A stretch of 64,000 bases of DNA. Source: the human T2T-CHM13v2.0 reference genome, Homo sapiens. Under the pieces are notes generated by a model. It saw only the letters and a list, made by a program, of their open reading frames with translations. It was not told the origin of the DNA and searched no databases. Every line of letters starts with the position of its first letter. The first letter of the stretch is position 1. Made by a program: the position numbers and the translations under genes. The stretch lies in assembly GCF_009914755.1 (NCBI RefSeq), contig NC_060947.1, one strand, 5' to 3'. Of the stretch, positions 13,951-32,855 are shown piece after piece.

Positions 13951-15475
13951 TTTATTTTTTATTTTTTTAAATTTATTTATTTATTATATTATACTTTAAG
14001 TTCTAGTGTACATGTGCACAATGTGCAGGTTTGTTACATATGTATACATGTGCCCTGTTGGTGTGCTGCACCCATTAACTCGTCATTTACATTAGGTATG
14101 TCTCCTAATGCTATCCCTCCCCCCTCCCCCAACCCCACGACAGGCCACAGTGTATGATGTTCCCCACGCTGTGTCCAAGTGTTCTCATTGTTCAATTCCC
14201 ACCTATGAGTGAGAACATGCGATGTTTGGTTTTCTGTCCTTGCGATAGTTTGCTCAGAATGATGGTTTCCAGCTTCATCCATGTCCTTACAAAGGACATG
14301 AACTCATCCGTTTTTATGGCTGCGTAGCATTCCATGGTGTATATGTGCCACATTTTCTTAATCCAGTCTATCATTGTTGGACATTTGGGTTGGTTCCAAG
14401 TCTTTGCTATTGTGAATAGTGCCACAATAAACATACGTGTGCATGTGTCTTTATAGCAGCATGATTTATAATACTTTGGGTATATGCTCAGTAATGCGAT
14501 TGCTGCGTCAAATGGTATTTCTGGTTCTAGATCCTTGAGGAATCACCACACTGTCTTCCACAATGGTTGAAGTAGTTGACAGTCCCACCAACAGTGTAAA
14601 AGTGTTCCTACTTCTCCACATCCTCTCCAGCACCTGTTGTTTCCTGACTTTTTAATGATTGCCATTCTAACAGGTGTGAGATGGTATCTCATTGTGGTTT
14701 TGATTTGCATTTCTCTGATGGCCAGGGATGATGAGCATTTTTTCATGTGTTTTTTGGCTGCATAAATGTCTTCTTTTGAGAAGTGTCTGCTCATATCCTT
14801 CGCCCACTTTTTGATGGGGTTGTTTGATTTTTTCTTGTAAATTTGTTTAATTTCCTGTAGATTCTGGATATTAGCCCTTTGTCAGATGGAGAGATTGCAA
14901 AATTTTTCTCCCATTCTGTAGGTTGCCTGTTCACTCTGATGGTAGTTTCTTTTGCTGTGCAGAAGCTCTTTAGTTTAATTAGATCCCATTTGTCAATTTT
15001 GGCTTTTGTTGCCATTGCTTTTAGTATTTTAGTCATGAAGTCCTTGCCCATGCCTATGTCCTGATGGGTATTGCCTAGGTTTTCTTCTAGGGTTTTAATG
15101 GTTTTAGGTCTAACATTTAACTCTTTAATCCATCTTGAATTAATTTTTGTATAAGGTGTAAGGAAGGGATCCAGTTTCAGCTTTCTACATATGGCTAGCC
15201 AGTTTTCCCAGCACCATTTATTAAATAGGGAATCCTTTCCCCATTTCTTGTTTTTGTCAGGTTTGTCAAAGATCAGATAGTTGTAGATGTGTGGCATTAT
15301 TTCTGAGGCCTCTGTTCTGTTCCATTGGTCTATATCTCTGTTTTGGTACCAGTACTATGCTGTTTTGGTTACTGTAGCCTTGTAATATAGTTTGAAGTCA
15401 GGTAGCATGATGCCTCCAGCTTTGTTCTTTTGGCTTAGGATTGTCTTGGCAATGTGGGCTCTTTTTTCATTCCAT
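13951..15475 (-). mobile_element. 5'-truncated L1PA (PA5/6-like), 1.5 kb
   Basis: ORF2 C-terminal peptides in ORF track ([26 protein letters not shown]; [29 protein letters not shown]); TSD ataaaactaatttta 13936-13950 / 15476-15490. Confidence 0.95.
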
Positions 15476-15537
15476 ATAAAACTAATTTTAAAAAGATATT
15501 CCTCCTCCAAATCAGTCCATTAATTGCAGTAGTCTTC

Positions 15538-15856
15538 CTTTCTTTTCTTTTCTTTTTTTTTTTTTTTGAGACAGGATCTCACTCCCATTGCCCAGGCTGA
15601 AGTGCAGTGGTGCAATCATGGCTCACTGCAGCCTCAAATTCTCAGGCTCAGGGGACTCTCCCACCTCAGCCTCCTGACTAGCTGGAACTACAGGCATGCA
15701 CCACCATGCCTGGCTACTTTTTTTTGTATGTTTTTAGTAGAGACAGGGTTTCGCCATGTTGCCCAGGCTGATCTCTAATGCCTGGGTTCAAGTGATCCGA
15801 CTGCCTTGGCCTCCCAAAGTGCTGGGATTAGAGGCGTGAGCCACCACGCCCGGCCT
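15538..15856 (-). mobile_element. AluJ
   Basis: Full dimer, TSD taattgcagtagtcttc. Confidence 0.92.
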
Positions 15857-16104
15857 AATTGCAGTAGTCTTCTAAACTTCCTGCTGAGGCCATGGGCAAA
15901 GCCGGGCTTTTGTAAAAAATCATTTCCCTTGACGATAAGGCTGTGGCATTTTTTTTTTTTTCAGTACTTACCGCTTCCACGGTACTTAGCGTTCCTGCCA
16001 ATAAAAGAAGGTGGGGGGTAATAAGAGATGTTCAACTTCATTAGTAATGGGAAAAATAAATGCAAATTAAAACAATAATAGGTTGGATCAGGAGATATAA
16101 CACT

Positions 16105-16312
16105 GCAGTGGTTAAAATCATGGGCATTGGAACCAGGCTGCCTCTATTCAAATGCAAGCTCTATTGCTTGTAGCTGTGTGACCTTGGACATGTTGCTTTA
16201 GTTCTCTTAGCTTCAGTTTTCACATCTGTAAAAAGGAGTTTATACAGTATTTTCTTCCTATGGTTGTTGTGAGGATACAACGAATTAATACGTACAAAGT
16301 GCTCAGAACAGA
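16105..16312 (+). mobile_element. MIR
   Basis: Core tagctgtgtgaccttggacatgttgcttta...cttcagttttcacatctgtaaaaagg. Confidence 0.8.
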
Positions 16313-16724
16313 GAAAATACTTTGCAAAGTAATCTGGCAAATCTAGTAAACTGGAAAATGCTTATACTTTGTGGCCCAGCAATTCAATTCCTAAGTGTCT
16401 CCCCGAGCAAAACTCTCAGAAGTGGGCACAAAGGGACATGCCACGAGAGCATTTTCTCCAGTACTCTTTGTAATAGCAAAATATAAAATTGAAATTAAAA
16501 AGTGGAAACAACCTAATTATCTCTCAGTTGATGAATGGGTAATTAAGCTGTGATTTACTTATACAGTAGAATGCTACGTAACTGTTAAAATGAATGAACT
16601 AGAGTGAATACTACAGCAACATTAATCAGCATGAATAAGTTTTTAAAAACAATATTGCATAGAAAAAATGAAGAAAAAGAGCAAACATACACTATTCAAT
16701 TTTAAAAATTGTAAGAATACTTGA

Positions 16725-17022
<298 letters not shown>

Positions 17023-17380
17023 TGAAATAATTGCTTATATTCATACATAAGTACAAATATATGCACAAAAGTGATGCATGACAACTGCAGGACAGTGTTT
17101 ACCCAAGGAGAGATATGGATGAAGAGGTCATGGGTTGTAGAGTTTTGCTGTATTTGTAATACATTATTTATTAGAGAGAGCTGAAGCAAATGAAGCAAAA
17201 TGGTAGCGTCCAGTTAATTGCATGGTGATTATAGGTGGCTGTTTTATCATTTTATCAAGTGCAACTTACAATTAATCTGTAGATTTAACTTCTATAAAAT
17301 ATGATTAATAAACTGAAAAACATTATACAAACGTTAGACCACTATCGTTATTCATATGTCATTATTCAGGCAATATATGA

Positions 17381-17803
<423 letters not shown>

Positions 17804-18662
17804 TAGTGAAGACTGATTAACAAAAAATAAAATGATTCCCACCTACTGCTGGAAGTAGCAATGGAGAAAACTTGAAGAAGACCAAACACTGATAAAATTT
17901 CCCATCCTTAAAGTCTGGCTAGCTCTCTCCTCCACTGAGAACCCTTCACTGATCATCCTCCTCCCCAGTCAGAATCCACCTTCTTAGGCTCCTGCAGCAT
18001 TTCATCACAAGCAGTGTTCTCATTAGCTTTCCATGAATTTATCTTCCCCAATAAACTGTGAAACTGAGAACAGAGAATATCTCTATTTCACTTCTTATAT
18101 TCCCTGCTGGGAATATCCTTTCTTACCCACTCGTCAAGCCTCAGGTCCAGAAAACCCTTTCCTGATTCCCCCAATTTGGGTTAATGCTCTTCCTCTGTGC
18201 CTCCATAGTACCCTAAGCCAATTTCTGCTGCAGTGTGTGTCACACCATATTACTGTCATTCCCTGTTTACCTGACACTCCATAGAGACTGTGAGCTCCTT
18301 GACTCAGGGACTGTGTCCCCGCAGTGTTCAACAAAGGACTGGCCTATAGAGGGATTGCAATGATTGCATACTTAAATCAAGAAAACGTACCAATTCTGCA
18401 ATTAAGTCTTATATATGCATAGCAGATGCTCTGGCTTGATTGTAGTCGAAGAATAGCTGGTGTGGAGGATTGAGTTCTAATTGTCATTATTAATCTCATT
18501 GTGAGCATAGAAGCACCGTAAAAACACCAAAACCTAGCTGAGAGTATATACAGGAGTGACACTTTTCAAATGGGCATAATTAACAAGGGAGTGTAACAAT
18601 TTTGTGATGGCCTTTTATGTTCATTTTTCCCAAGCCCCATCTGATCACCTTTTTAGTAGTAA

Positions 18663-19019
<357 letters not shown>

Positions 19020-19046
19020 TAAACTAAATACCATTCTGTTAGCTTT

Positions 19047-19347
19047 TTATTTATTTGTTTTTTTGAGACAGGGTCTCACTCTGTCATATAGGCTGGAGTG
19101 TAGTGGCACAGTGATGACTCACTGTAGCCTTGACCTCCCAGACTCAGGTGATCCTCCCACCTCAGCCTCCCGAATATCTGTGAATACAGGCACATGCCAC
19201 CACACTCAGCTAATTTTTGTATTTTTTGTGGAGATGAGGTTTTGCCGTTTTGCCCAGGCTGGTCTCAAAGTCCTAAGCTCAAGTGATTTGCCTGCCTGAA
19301 CCTCACAAAGTACTGGGATTACAGACGTGAGCCACCATGCCCAGCCC
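19047..19347 (-). mobile_element. AluJ
   Basis: Full dimer, TSD ccattctgttagcttt. Confidence 0.92.
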
Positions 19348-19616
19348 CCATTCTGTTAGCTTTATAATAACATTAACTAACATTTGTTAAGCACTCACTA
19401 AGTTTAAACCAAGATTGATAAACAGTTATTCATGTGTAATTCTTCCCAAAGTATCTTAGCAGTACTATTATTACTCTATGTTATAGGTGAAGAAACTGAG
19501 GCTCAGAAAGATGAAGTAACCTGCCCAAAATCACTCAGCACTTAAACCTGGGTAAGTTGACTACAAAATCAATCTTCTTAAACATCTCGACAATATTTCA
19601 TTTCCTTTTTAAGACA

Positions 19617-20476
<860 letters not shown>

Positions 20477-20839
20477 ACCATTAAAGATACTGCTACAACT
20501 AAGTTATATAAATTATGTGTATTAATATATAAATATTGCAAACACATGAGTTTACTATGTGTCATGCACTATTCTAAGTACATGTATTTACTCCCAACTA
20601 TCATATGAGGTAGGTACCACTATTGCCTCCATTTTCTAGATGAGAAAATAGAGGTATAGATGTTGTCAGTAACTTGGTCACACATCTAGACAATGGTGGA
20701 ACTTAGATTTTTATCCAGGTATTCTGGCATTGAGAGTCTCACTCCTTAACCACTCTTATATTGAATCCAATATAATAATTTCTGAAAAAGATTCACGAGA
20801 GAATGTGGCCATTAAAACTTAATTTATTAACATTTATTT

Positions 20840-21148
20840 ATTTTAATTTGTGCAAATATATAGGGTACATAAATTTTGTTACATGTATATAATACATAGC
20901 GACCAAGTCATGGTATTCGGAGTATCCATCACCCAACTACAATACATTTTTGTTAAGTATAGTCATCCTATTCTATTAGTAAACACTGAATTTATCCCTT
21001 CTATCTTACTGTATGTTTGTATCCTTTAACCCACTTCTCTTTACCCTTCCCCTCCCCCAACACATCCTTCCCAGTCTCTGTTATCTAATTTTTCACTCTC
21101 TACCTCCATGTGTTCCAATTTTATAGCTCTCATATATGAGTGAGAACA
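20840..21148 (-). mobile_element. L1MA-type 3' end, 5'-truncated
   Basis: tagggtacataaattttgttacatg...tttatagctctcatatatgagtgagaacat; TSD atta(a/g)catttattt 20826-20839 / 21148-21161. Confidence 0.8.
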
Positions 21149-21176
21149 TTAGCATTTATTTTGAAAGCATACTATC

Positions 21177-22212
21177 TTTTTTTTAAAAAAATTATACTTT
21201 AAGTTCTGGGATACATGTGCAGAATGTGCAGGTTTGTTACATAGGTATACACGTGCCATGGTGGCTTCGTGCACCCATCAAGCCATCATCTACATTAGGT
21301 ATTTCTCCTAATGCTATCCCTCCCTTGGCCCCCAAACCCCCAACAGGTCCTGGTGTGTGATGTTCCCCTCCCTGTGTCCATGTGTTCTCATTGTTCAACT
21401 CCCACTTATGAGTGAGAACATGCGGTGTTTGGTTTTCTGTTCCTGTGTTAGTTTGCTGAGGATGATGGTTTCCAGCTTCATCCATGTCCCTGCAAAGGAC
21501 ATGAACTCATCCTTTTTTATGGCTGCATAGTATTCCATAGTGTATATGTGCCACATTTTCTTTATCCAGTCTATCATTGATGGGCCTTTGGGTTGGTTCC
21601 AAGTCTTTGCTATTGTGAACAGTGCTGCAATAAACATACGTGTGCATGTGCCTTTATAGTAGCATGATTTATAATCCTTTGGGTATATACCCAGTAATGG
21701 GATTGCTGGGTCAAATGGTATTTCTGGTTTTAGATCCTTGAGGAATCACCACACTGTCTTCCACAATGGTTGAACTAACTTACACTCCCACCAACAGTGT
21801 AAAAGCATTCCTATTTCTCCACATCCTCTCCAGCATCTGTTGTTTCCTGACTTTTTAATGATCGCCATTCTAACTGGTGTGAGATGGTATCTCATTGTGG
21901 TTTTGATTTGCATTTCTCTACTGACCAGTGATGATGAGCTTTTTTTCACATTTGTTGGCCACATAAATGTCTTCTTTTGAGAAGTGTCTGTTAATATCCT
22001 TTGCCCACTTTTTGATGGGGTTTTCTTTTCTTGTAAATTTGTTTAATTTTCTATAGATTCTGGATATTAGCCCTTTGTCAGATAAGTAGATTGCAAAAAT
22101 TTTCTCCCATTCTGTAGGTTGCCTGTTCACTCTGATGATAGTTTCTTTTGATGTGCAGAAACTCTTTAGTTTAATTAGATCCCATTTGTCAATTATGGCT
22201 TTTGTTGCCATC
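21177..22212 (-). mobile_element. 5'-truncated L1PA7-like, ~1.03 kb
   Basis: tttaagttctgggatacatgtgcagaatgtgcagg 3' end; ORF2 C-terminal peptides; TSD gaaa(a)gcatactatc 21163-21176 / 22213-22227. Confidence 0.93.
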
Positions 22213-22227
22213 GAAAAGCATACTATC

Positions 22228-23810
<1,583 letters not shown>

Positions 23811-24364
23811 GAAAAGCATACTATCTTAAAACAGCCACACCTAAAAACAGATGTCATAAGGAAAATCTATTTTCTCTATCATGACTCTATTAAGTAAGGG
23901 CTTTCCAAAGGTAACCATGGAGGATGAGAGGTTGGAATCTAAATAGGTGAAAATTGGAACGAACTCTTGAATAGTTTGTCTTTTCTCATCTGGCTAAATG
24001 CTCTCAATTAGAATAAGATACACTGCAATTTATTCTCAAAATGTTTTAATTAAGTCAGAACACAGAGACCTTGATATTTCCATGATTTCATTTTATTCTG
24101 GAGATAACAACTAAAATAATTTACATATTAGATTCTTGGCAGTTCATATTTAGTAGTAGTGGTTAGCGAAAGAGGAGGGATTTGTCTTCCAAACAAAACA
24201 TTGAGGTTGAAAATAGGATAAAGAGGAGCAACATTAATTTAGAACTAGGAAAATTATTTTCAACATCATTTTTAGCGTGCTATCAATTTTTACCAGAAGT
24301 TAATATATATTTATGCCAATAAACACTTAGTCACCGGAAATAGCATATGTCTGTTTTTAGAATA

Positions 24365-25615
<1,251 letters not shown>

Positions 25616-25624
25616 CTAAAAAAA

Positions 25625-26898
25625 TCCCATAGTATTCCATGTTGTTTATCCATTCATCATTTGATGGACATTTGCATTATTTTCACTTTTGGCTATTATG
25701 GATTATGCTCTTATGAGTATTTGTGTACAAGTGTTTGTGTTGACATAAGTTTTGATTTATCTTGGGTGTATATCTAATAGCAGAATTGCTGGGTCATATA
25801 ATACCTCTATATTTAACTTTTGCAGAACTGCCAAACTGTTTTACAAAGTAGTGCATCTTTTTACATTCTCACCAGCAGTGCATGAGTGTTTGAATTTCTC
25901 TACATCCTTACCAACACTTGTCATCATTTATCTTTTTGATTCTAGGAATACTAGTGGGTATAAAATGTTATCTCATTGGGATTTTGATTTCCATTTCCCT
26001 AGCAACAAATAACAATGAGCATCTTTTGATGTGCCTATTGGTCATTTGTATGTCTTTTTTTTTTTTTTTTGGAGAAATGTGCTGAAATTCTTTGCTTGTT
26101 TTTCAGTTGGGTTATTTGTCTTTTTATTATTTAATTGTAAGTGCTCTTTATATATACAGGATACAAGTCCCTTGCCAGATAAATGATTTTCAAATTTTTT
26201 CTTCCAGTCTGTGAACTATCTTTTCACTTTTTCGATGGTGCATTAGTTACAGGAAAGGGGCCCCAATCCAGACCCCAAGAGAGGGTTCTTGGATCTCATG
26301 CAAGAAAGAATTTAGGGCGAGTCCATAGGGTAACGTGAAAGCCAGTTTATTAGGAAAGTAAAGGAATAAAGATAGCTACTCCATAGACAGAGCAGCCCTG
26401 AGAGTTGCTGGTTGCTCATTTTTATGGTTATTTCTTGATTATATGCTAAATAAGGAGTGGATTATTCATGCATCCCCTTTTTAGACCATATAGGGTAACT
26501 TCCTGGCATTGCCATTGCATTTATAAACTGTTATGGCCCTGATGGGAGTGTAGCAGTGAGGACGACCAGAGGTCACTCTCGTTGCCATCTTGGTTTTGTT
26601 GGATTTTAGCCAGCTTATTTACTGCAACCTGTTTTATCAGCAAGGTCTTTATGACCCGTATTTTGTGCTGATCTTCTATCTCATCCTGTGACTTAGAATG
26701 CCTTAACCATCTGGGAATGCAGCCCAGTAGGTCTCAGCCTCATTTTACCCATCTCCTATTCAAAATGGAGCTGCTCTAGCTCACACGCCTCTGACACTTT
26801 GAAGCACAAAAGTTTTAAATTTTGATCAAGTATAATTAATCTATTAATATTGTTTTTGCTTTCTTTTTTGTGCCATATCTAAGAAATAATTGCCCAGT
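25625..26898 (-). mobile_element. L1MB-type fragment split by an LTR
   Basis: gaattgctgggtcatat...ttacattctcaccagcagtgcatgag...gcatcttttgatgtgcctattggtcatttgtatgtc. Confidence 0.75.
26245..26796 (-). mobile_element. ERV1 solo LTR MER41A-like
   Basis: Minus start tgtcagaggcgtgtgagctagagcagctccattttgaatagg; ccagaccccaagagagggttcttggatctc end; TSD catt/cttt. Confidence 0.9.
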
Positions 26899-27224
26899 TC
26901 AATTGATTTTTGACAAAGAATGAAAAGCAATTCAATGAAGGAAAGATAATTTTTGCAACCAATGATGCTGGCATAATTGGACAACCATGGGGCAAAAAAA
27001 CAAACCTCCCCTAAACCTCACATCATATACAAGAATTAAGACAAAATAGATCATGGATATAAATATAAACATAAAACTCTAAAACTTTACAGAAAACATA
27101 TGAGAATATATTTGGGAAATAGGGCTAGGTGAAGACTCTTAGACATAATACCAAAAGAACAATCTGTATAAGGAACCGTTGACAAGTTGGACTTCATCAA
27201 AATTAAAAATTTTGCACCACAGAA

Positions 27225-27670
27225 CATGGTTAATTTTATGTGTCAACTTAACTAGGCCATGGGCTGCCCAGATCTTTGGTTAAATATTATTTCTCTGTGT
27301 GTCTGTGAGGGTGTTTCTGGATGAGAGCAACATTTGAATCATAGAGTGAATAAAGCAGATCGCCTTCCCCAGTGTGGATGGACCTCATCCAATCTGTGGA
27401 AAGACTGAATCGAATAAAAAGCTAAGTAAGAAAAAATTCATTCTCCCTGTCTGAACTTTCAGCTAGACCATTGGTCTCCCTCTTTCAGACTTGGCCTCAG
27501 ACTGGAGGATATCACTGGCTCTTGTGGGTCTCCAGCTTGCCACCTGCAGATCTTGAACTTTTCACTGTCCCTAATCACATGACCCAATTTTTAATTGTCT
27601 ATCTATCTATCTATCTCTATCTGATCTGTATCTATCTATATTTCTCTCTCTCTCTATCTCTCTATCTATG

Positions 27671-27714
<44 letters not shown>

Positions 27715-27786
27715 ATCTATCTATCGCTCTCTGAATATTGAAAGAAAGATATGGTTTTGTTTTTCTGGAAAATACAGAACAATAAA
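27225..27786 (+). mobile_element. ERVL 5' LTR (MLT2B/D-like)
   Basis: atggttaattttatgtgtcaacttaactaggcca...gtgtctgtgagggtgtttctggatgag; internal TCTA repeat typical of MLT2. Confidence 0.85.
27598..27725. repeat. (TCTA)n compound microsatellite
   Basis: Direct read. Confidence 0.95.
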
Positions 27787-28012
27787 GATTTTGGTACAGA
27801 GTGGTTTCAGAGAAACAGAATTTTAAGGATGAGTTTTGTGAATGGTTCTAAGGTGTCTGGAATTGGCTGTCTAATCTCATTAGATTTAAAGATGCTAATA
27901 ACCATTTCCAGTAGTAAAAAAAAGCACTGATAATCCATGGCACGATCTGGCAACTGAAGTATGCAAAATATTTCAATTGGATATTCCTAATCAACCACTT
28001 ATAAGAAGCAAG
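27787..28012 (+). mobile_element. ERVL internal leader/gag start, truncated
   Basis: gattttggtacagagtgg (PBS-like) then cagaattttaaggatg...ctggaattggctgtctaatctcattag. Confidence 0.75.
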
Positions 28013-30020
<2,008 letters not shown>

Positions 30021-31148
30021 GTGTCCAAGAGGCTATGCCTGGAACTGGGGACCCCAAAAGCCTGCTTGTTGCTCTACCTTATTATGGCTGAGCTGGTATC
30101 TAAGGTGCAAGACAGAGTCCCTTTTACTTTTCCTTCTTTTCTCAAACAGAAGGAGTCTTTCACTTATAGGTGGGAATGTGCTTGGTCACACCTGAAGTCA
30201 GCACATTTCAGAGCCCAAGGCCCATGGCATACTTCTTAGTTATTACTGCTGGCTATTTGGGACCAAGGGCTCTTTAGTCTGGAAGTGATGAATCCTGCCT
30301 TCCCTTCAAGGCAGCAGTTTCCATTTTGGCCCAGGGTGTATCTAGAAACGCCCATGAGCCATGAACTAGAATGTGGGCCTCATGACTCTGCTTGGTGCCC
30401 TATCCTGTGGCTGAGCTGATATCCCACATGCAAGATAAAGTCCTCTTTACTCTTTGCTTTCCTCTCTTTAAGCAGAAAGAATGAGTCACTTTTATTGCTG
30501 CAAGCTGCACTGCCCGGGGTCGGGGAGGTTTGGCACAATCACTCCCTTAGTCACTTCGACTGGTGTCTCCTTAGGTCACATGCCACCCTAGTCTTCTGGC
30601 TCTGAGCCCATCTCAGCACTAGGAATTGCCTAGTAATCATAGTGCTTGTGTCCCAGACAGTCTTTCAAGTTTACCAAGGACCCCAGGGCACTTTGGCCCA
30701 CAGTACGAGGCTTGCCAAGAAACTCAAGTTCCAACTGCTGGGATGGGTGATTCCTCTCCGGCTAGGTCTTGTCCAAATGTTCCCTCCATGCCTGGGTACT
30801 GGCTGAGCCCAGCATGGCTTTGTTCTCCATTATGACAGGCAACACCGAGTTCAATGTAATGTCCCCTAGTCACTGAGCTCTCCTTTTCCAATGCGCACAT
30901 ACTCTCTGCACCACAGGGATGCTGCCAGGGGATGGGGAAGAGGTGGCGCTGGTAATATAAAACTGTCTCTCTGACCCTCTTCAGTACCTCTTTAGCAATA
31001 TGGAGTTAAAAATAGGTATTGTGATTGCTTACCTGATTTTTGGTTATTGTGATGGTGCTTTTCTGTTGCAGACAGTTGTTAAAATTTGGTGTTTCTGTTG
31101 GGGGGACAAATGGTGTAGGCTTCTATTTGGCCATCTTGTTCCACCCTC
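30021..31148 (-). mobile_element. L1M1/L1MA-type 5' UTR, opposite orientation
   Basis: Ends ttctatttggccatcttgttccacc (reverse of L1 start); internal repeated monomer tggctgagctg(g/a)tatc...gcaaga(c/t)a(g/a)agtcc. Confidence 0.8.
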
Positions 31149-31894
31149 TTTAATTTTTAAAGAGATAGTTCTTGTCCTAAAATTTTTCTTTTCTATAACA
31201 TTCTATACTTCTGGTATGAGTAGAATATTTTCTCTTATCTCTAAGGATGACAATGATAATGTTTGAAAGTTTTCTTCTGCCACCTGCATTGCCTGTTTCC
31301 TCAGAATCCCTTCATTTCTGTTGTTTATGTTATTCTTTCTCTTTAGCATTGAAAATTTTTCTGAAAATTCTGATGATTGTAAGCTATTTGTTTATATATA
31401 AGAATGAGATTGGAAGTTCTTTGTGCATAGGTGGGATTGTCTACCAGCAGCCATCTGAAGTTGGGGGAAGATACCTGAGGGGTCCATTATTTGACTTTTA
31501 ACCGTCCTTTTCTATTTTGAACTCTGTGCCTTACTCCTGTTTTCAACTGTATTCCATGCCTTCAAATTCTGGGTCACTCTATGTTCTACAGGGTGACTAA
31601 TTTACCTACTGCTCTTTGTCCCCCTCTGCAGATGCTTGGGCTATAGTGCCCTCTGAGCCCTCCATTCCCTCTCCTCCAGCCGTAAACTGTCTTCACAATT
31701 TCTGTTAAATTTTTTATTTGGCTGTTATTATCTCTCCTGTTTTATTTATTTATGTGAGTATGTTTATGTATTTGTAATTACAAAAGCAACTTTATTTTTG
31801 TCTCCCACTATTTTAAATTTGTTCAGGTTTGGTAGTCTATCCTTTGCCTTTTGTTGAAAACTCAGGCTGTCTCAGTGATTTCCTGATCACTCTT

Positions 31895-32010
31895 TGACAG
31901 TCTCGCAGGGTCTTGCTCTGTCACCCAGGCTGGAGTGCAGTGGTGCGATCATGACTCACTGCAGCCTCGACCTCCCAGGCTCGGGTGATCCTTCCACTCC
32001 AGCCTCTCAG
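31895..32010 (-). mobile_element. AluJ right-arm fragment
   Basis: gggtcttgctctgtcacccaggctggagtgcagtgg...gatccttccactccagcctc. Confidence 0.8.
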
Positions 32011-32044
32011 TATCTACATTACTTTTTAAAATTAAAAATATATA

Positions 32045-32348
32045 TATTTGATTTATTTATTTTCTTTGAGACAGAGTCTTGCTCTGTTGCCCAGGCTGGA
32101 ATTCAGTGACTTGATCTCAGCTCACTGCAGCCCCTGCCTCTCAGGTTCCAGTGAGTCTCGTGCCTCAGCCTCACAAGTAGCTGGGATTACATGCATATGC
32201 CACCATGCCCGGCTACTTTTTTGTATTTTTAGTAGAGATGTAGTTTCACTATGTTGGCCAGACTGGTCTCGAATTCTTGGCCTCAAGTGATCCACCCGTC
32301 TCAGCCTCGAAAATTGCTGGGATTACAGGTGTGAGCCACCACACCTGG
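32045..32348 (-). mobile_element. Alu (Jb/S-like)
   Basis: Full dimer, TSD ctacattactttttaaaat. Confidence 0.9.
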
Positions 32349-32436
32349 TTCCTACATTACTTTTTAAAATACATTATACTAAATGAAAGAAGCCAGACAT
32401 ACATCATAAATTTCACCCATTTAAAGTGTACAATCT

Positions 32437-32600
32437 GGCTGGGCGTGGTAGCTCACGTCTGTAATCCCAGCATTTTGGGAGGCCTGAGGTGGGTGGATTG
32501 CTTGAGCTCAGGAGTTCCAGACCAGCCTGGGCAACATGGTGAAACCCCAGCAAAGAAAGAAAGAAAAAGAAAGAAAGAAGGAAGGAAGGAAGGAAGGAAA

Positions 32601-32666
<66 letters not shown>

Positions 32667-32855
32667 GAAAGAAAGAAAGAAACCAACCTAGGCATAGTGG
32701 CATGCACCTGTAGTCCCAGCTACTCTGGAGGCTGAGGCAGGAGAATCGCTTGAGCCCAGGAGGTCAAGACTGCAGTGCAACTGTGATTGGGCCACTGCAC
32801 TCCAGTCTGGGCAACAGAGCAAGACCCTGTCTCTAAATAAATAAATAAATAAGTA
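32437..32855 (+). mobile_element. AluJ with expanded middle A-rich linker
   Basis: Left arm, ~130-nt GAAA/GAAG repeat, right arm, (TAAA)n tail. Confidence 0.9.
32552..32681. repeat. (GAAA)n/(GAAG)n compound tetranucleotide repeat
   Basis: Direct read. Confidence 0.95.
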
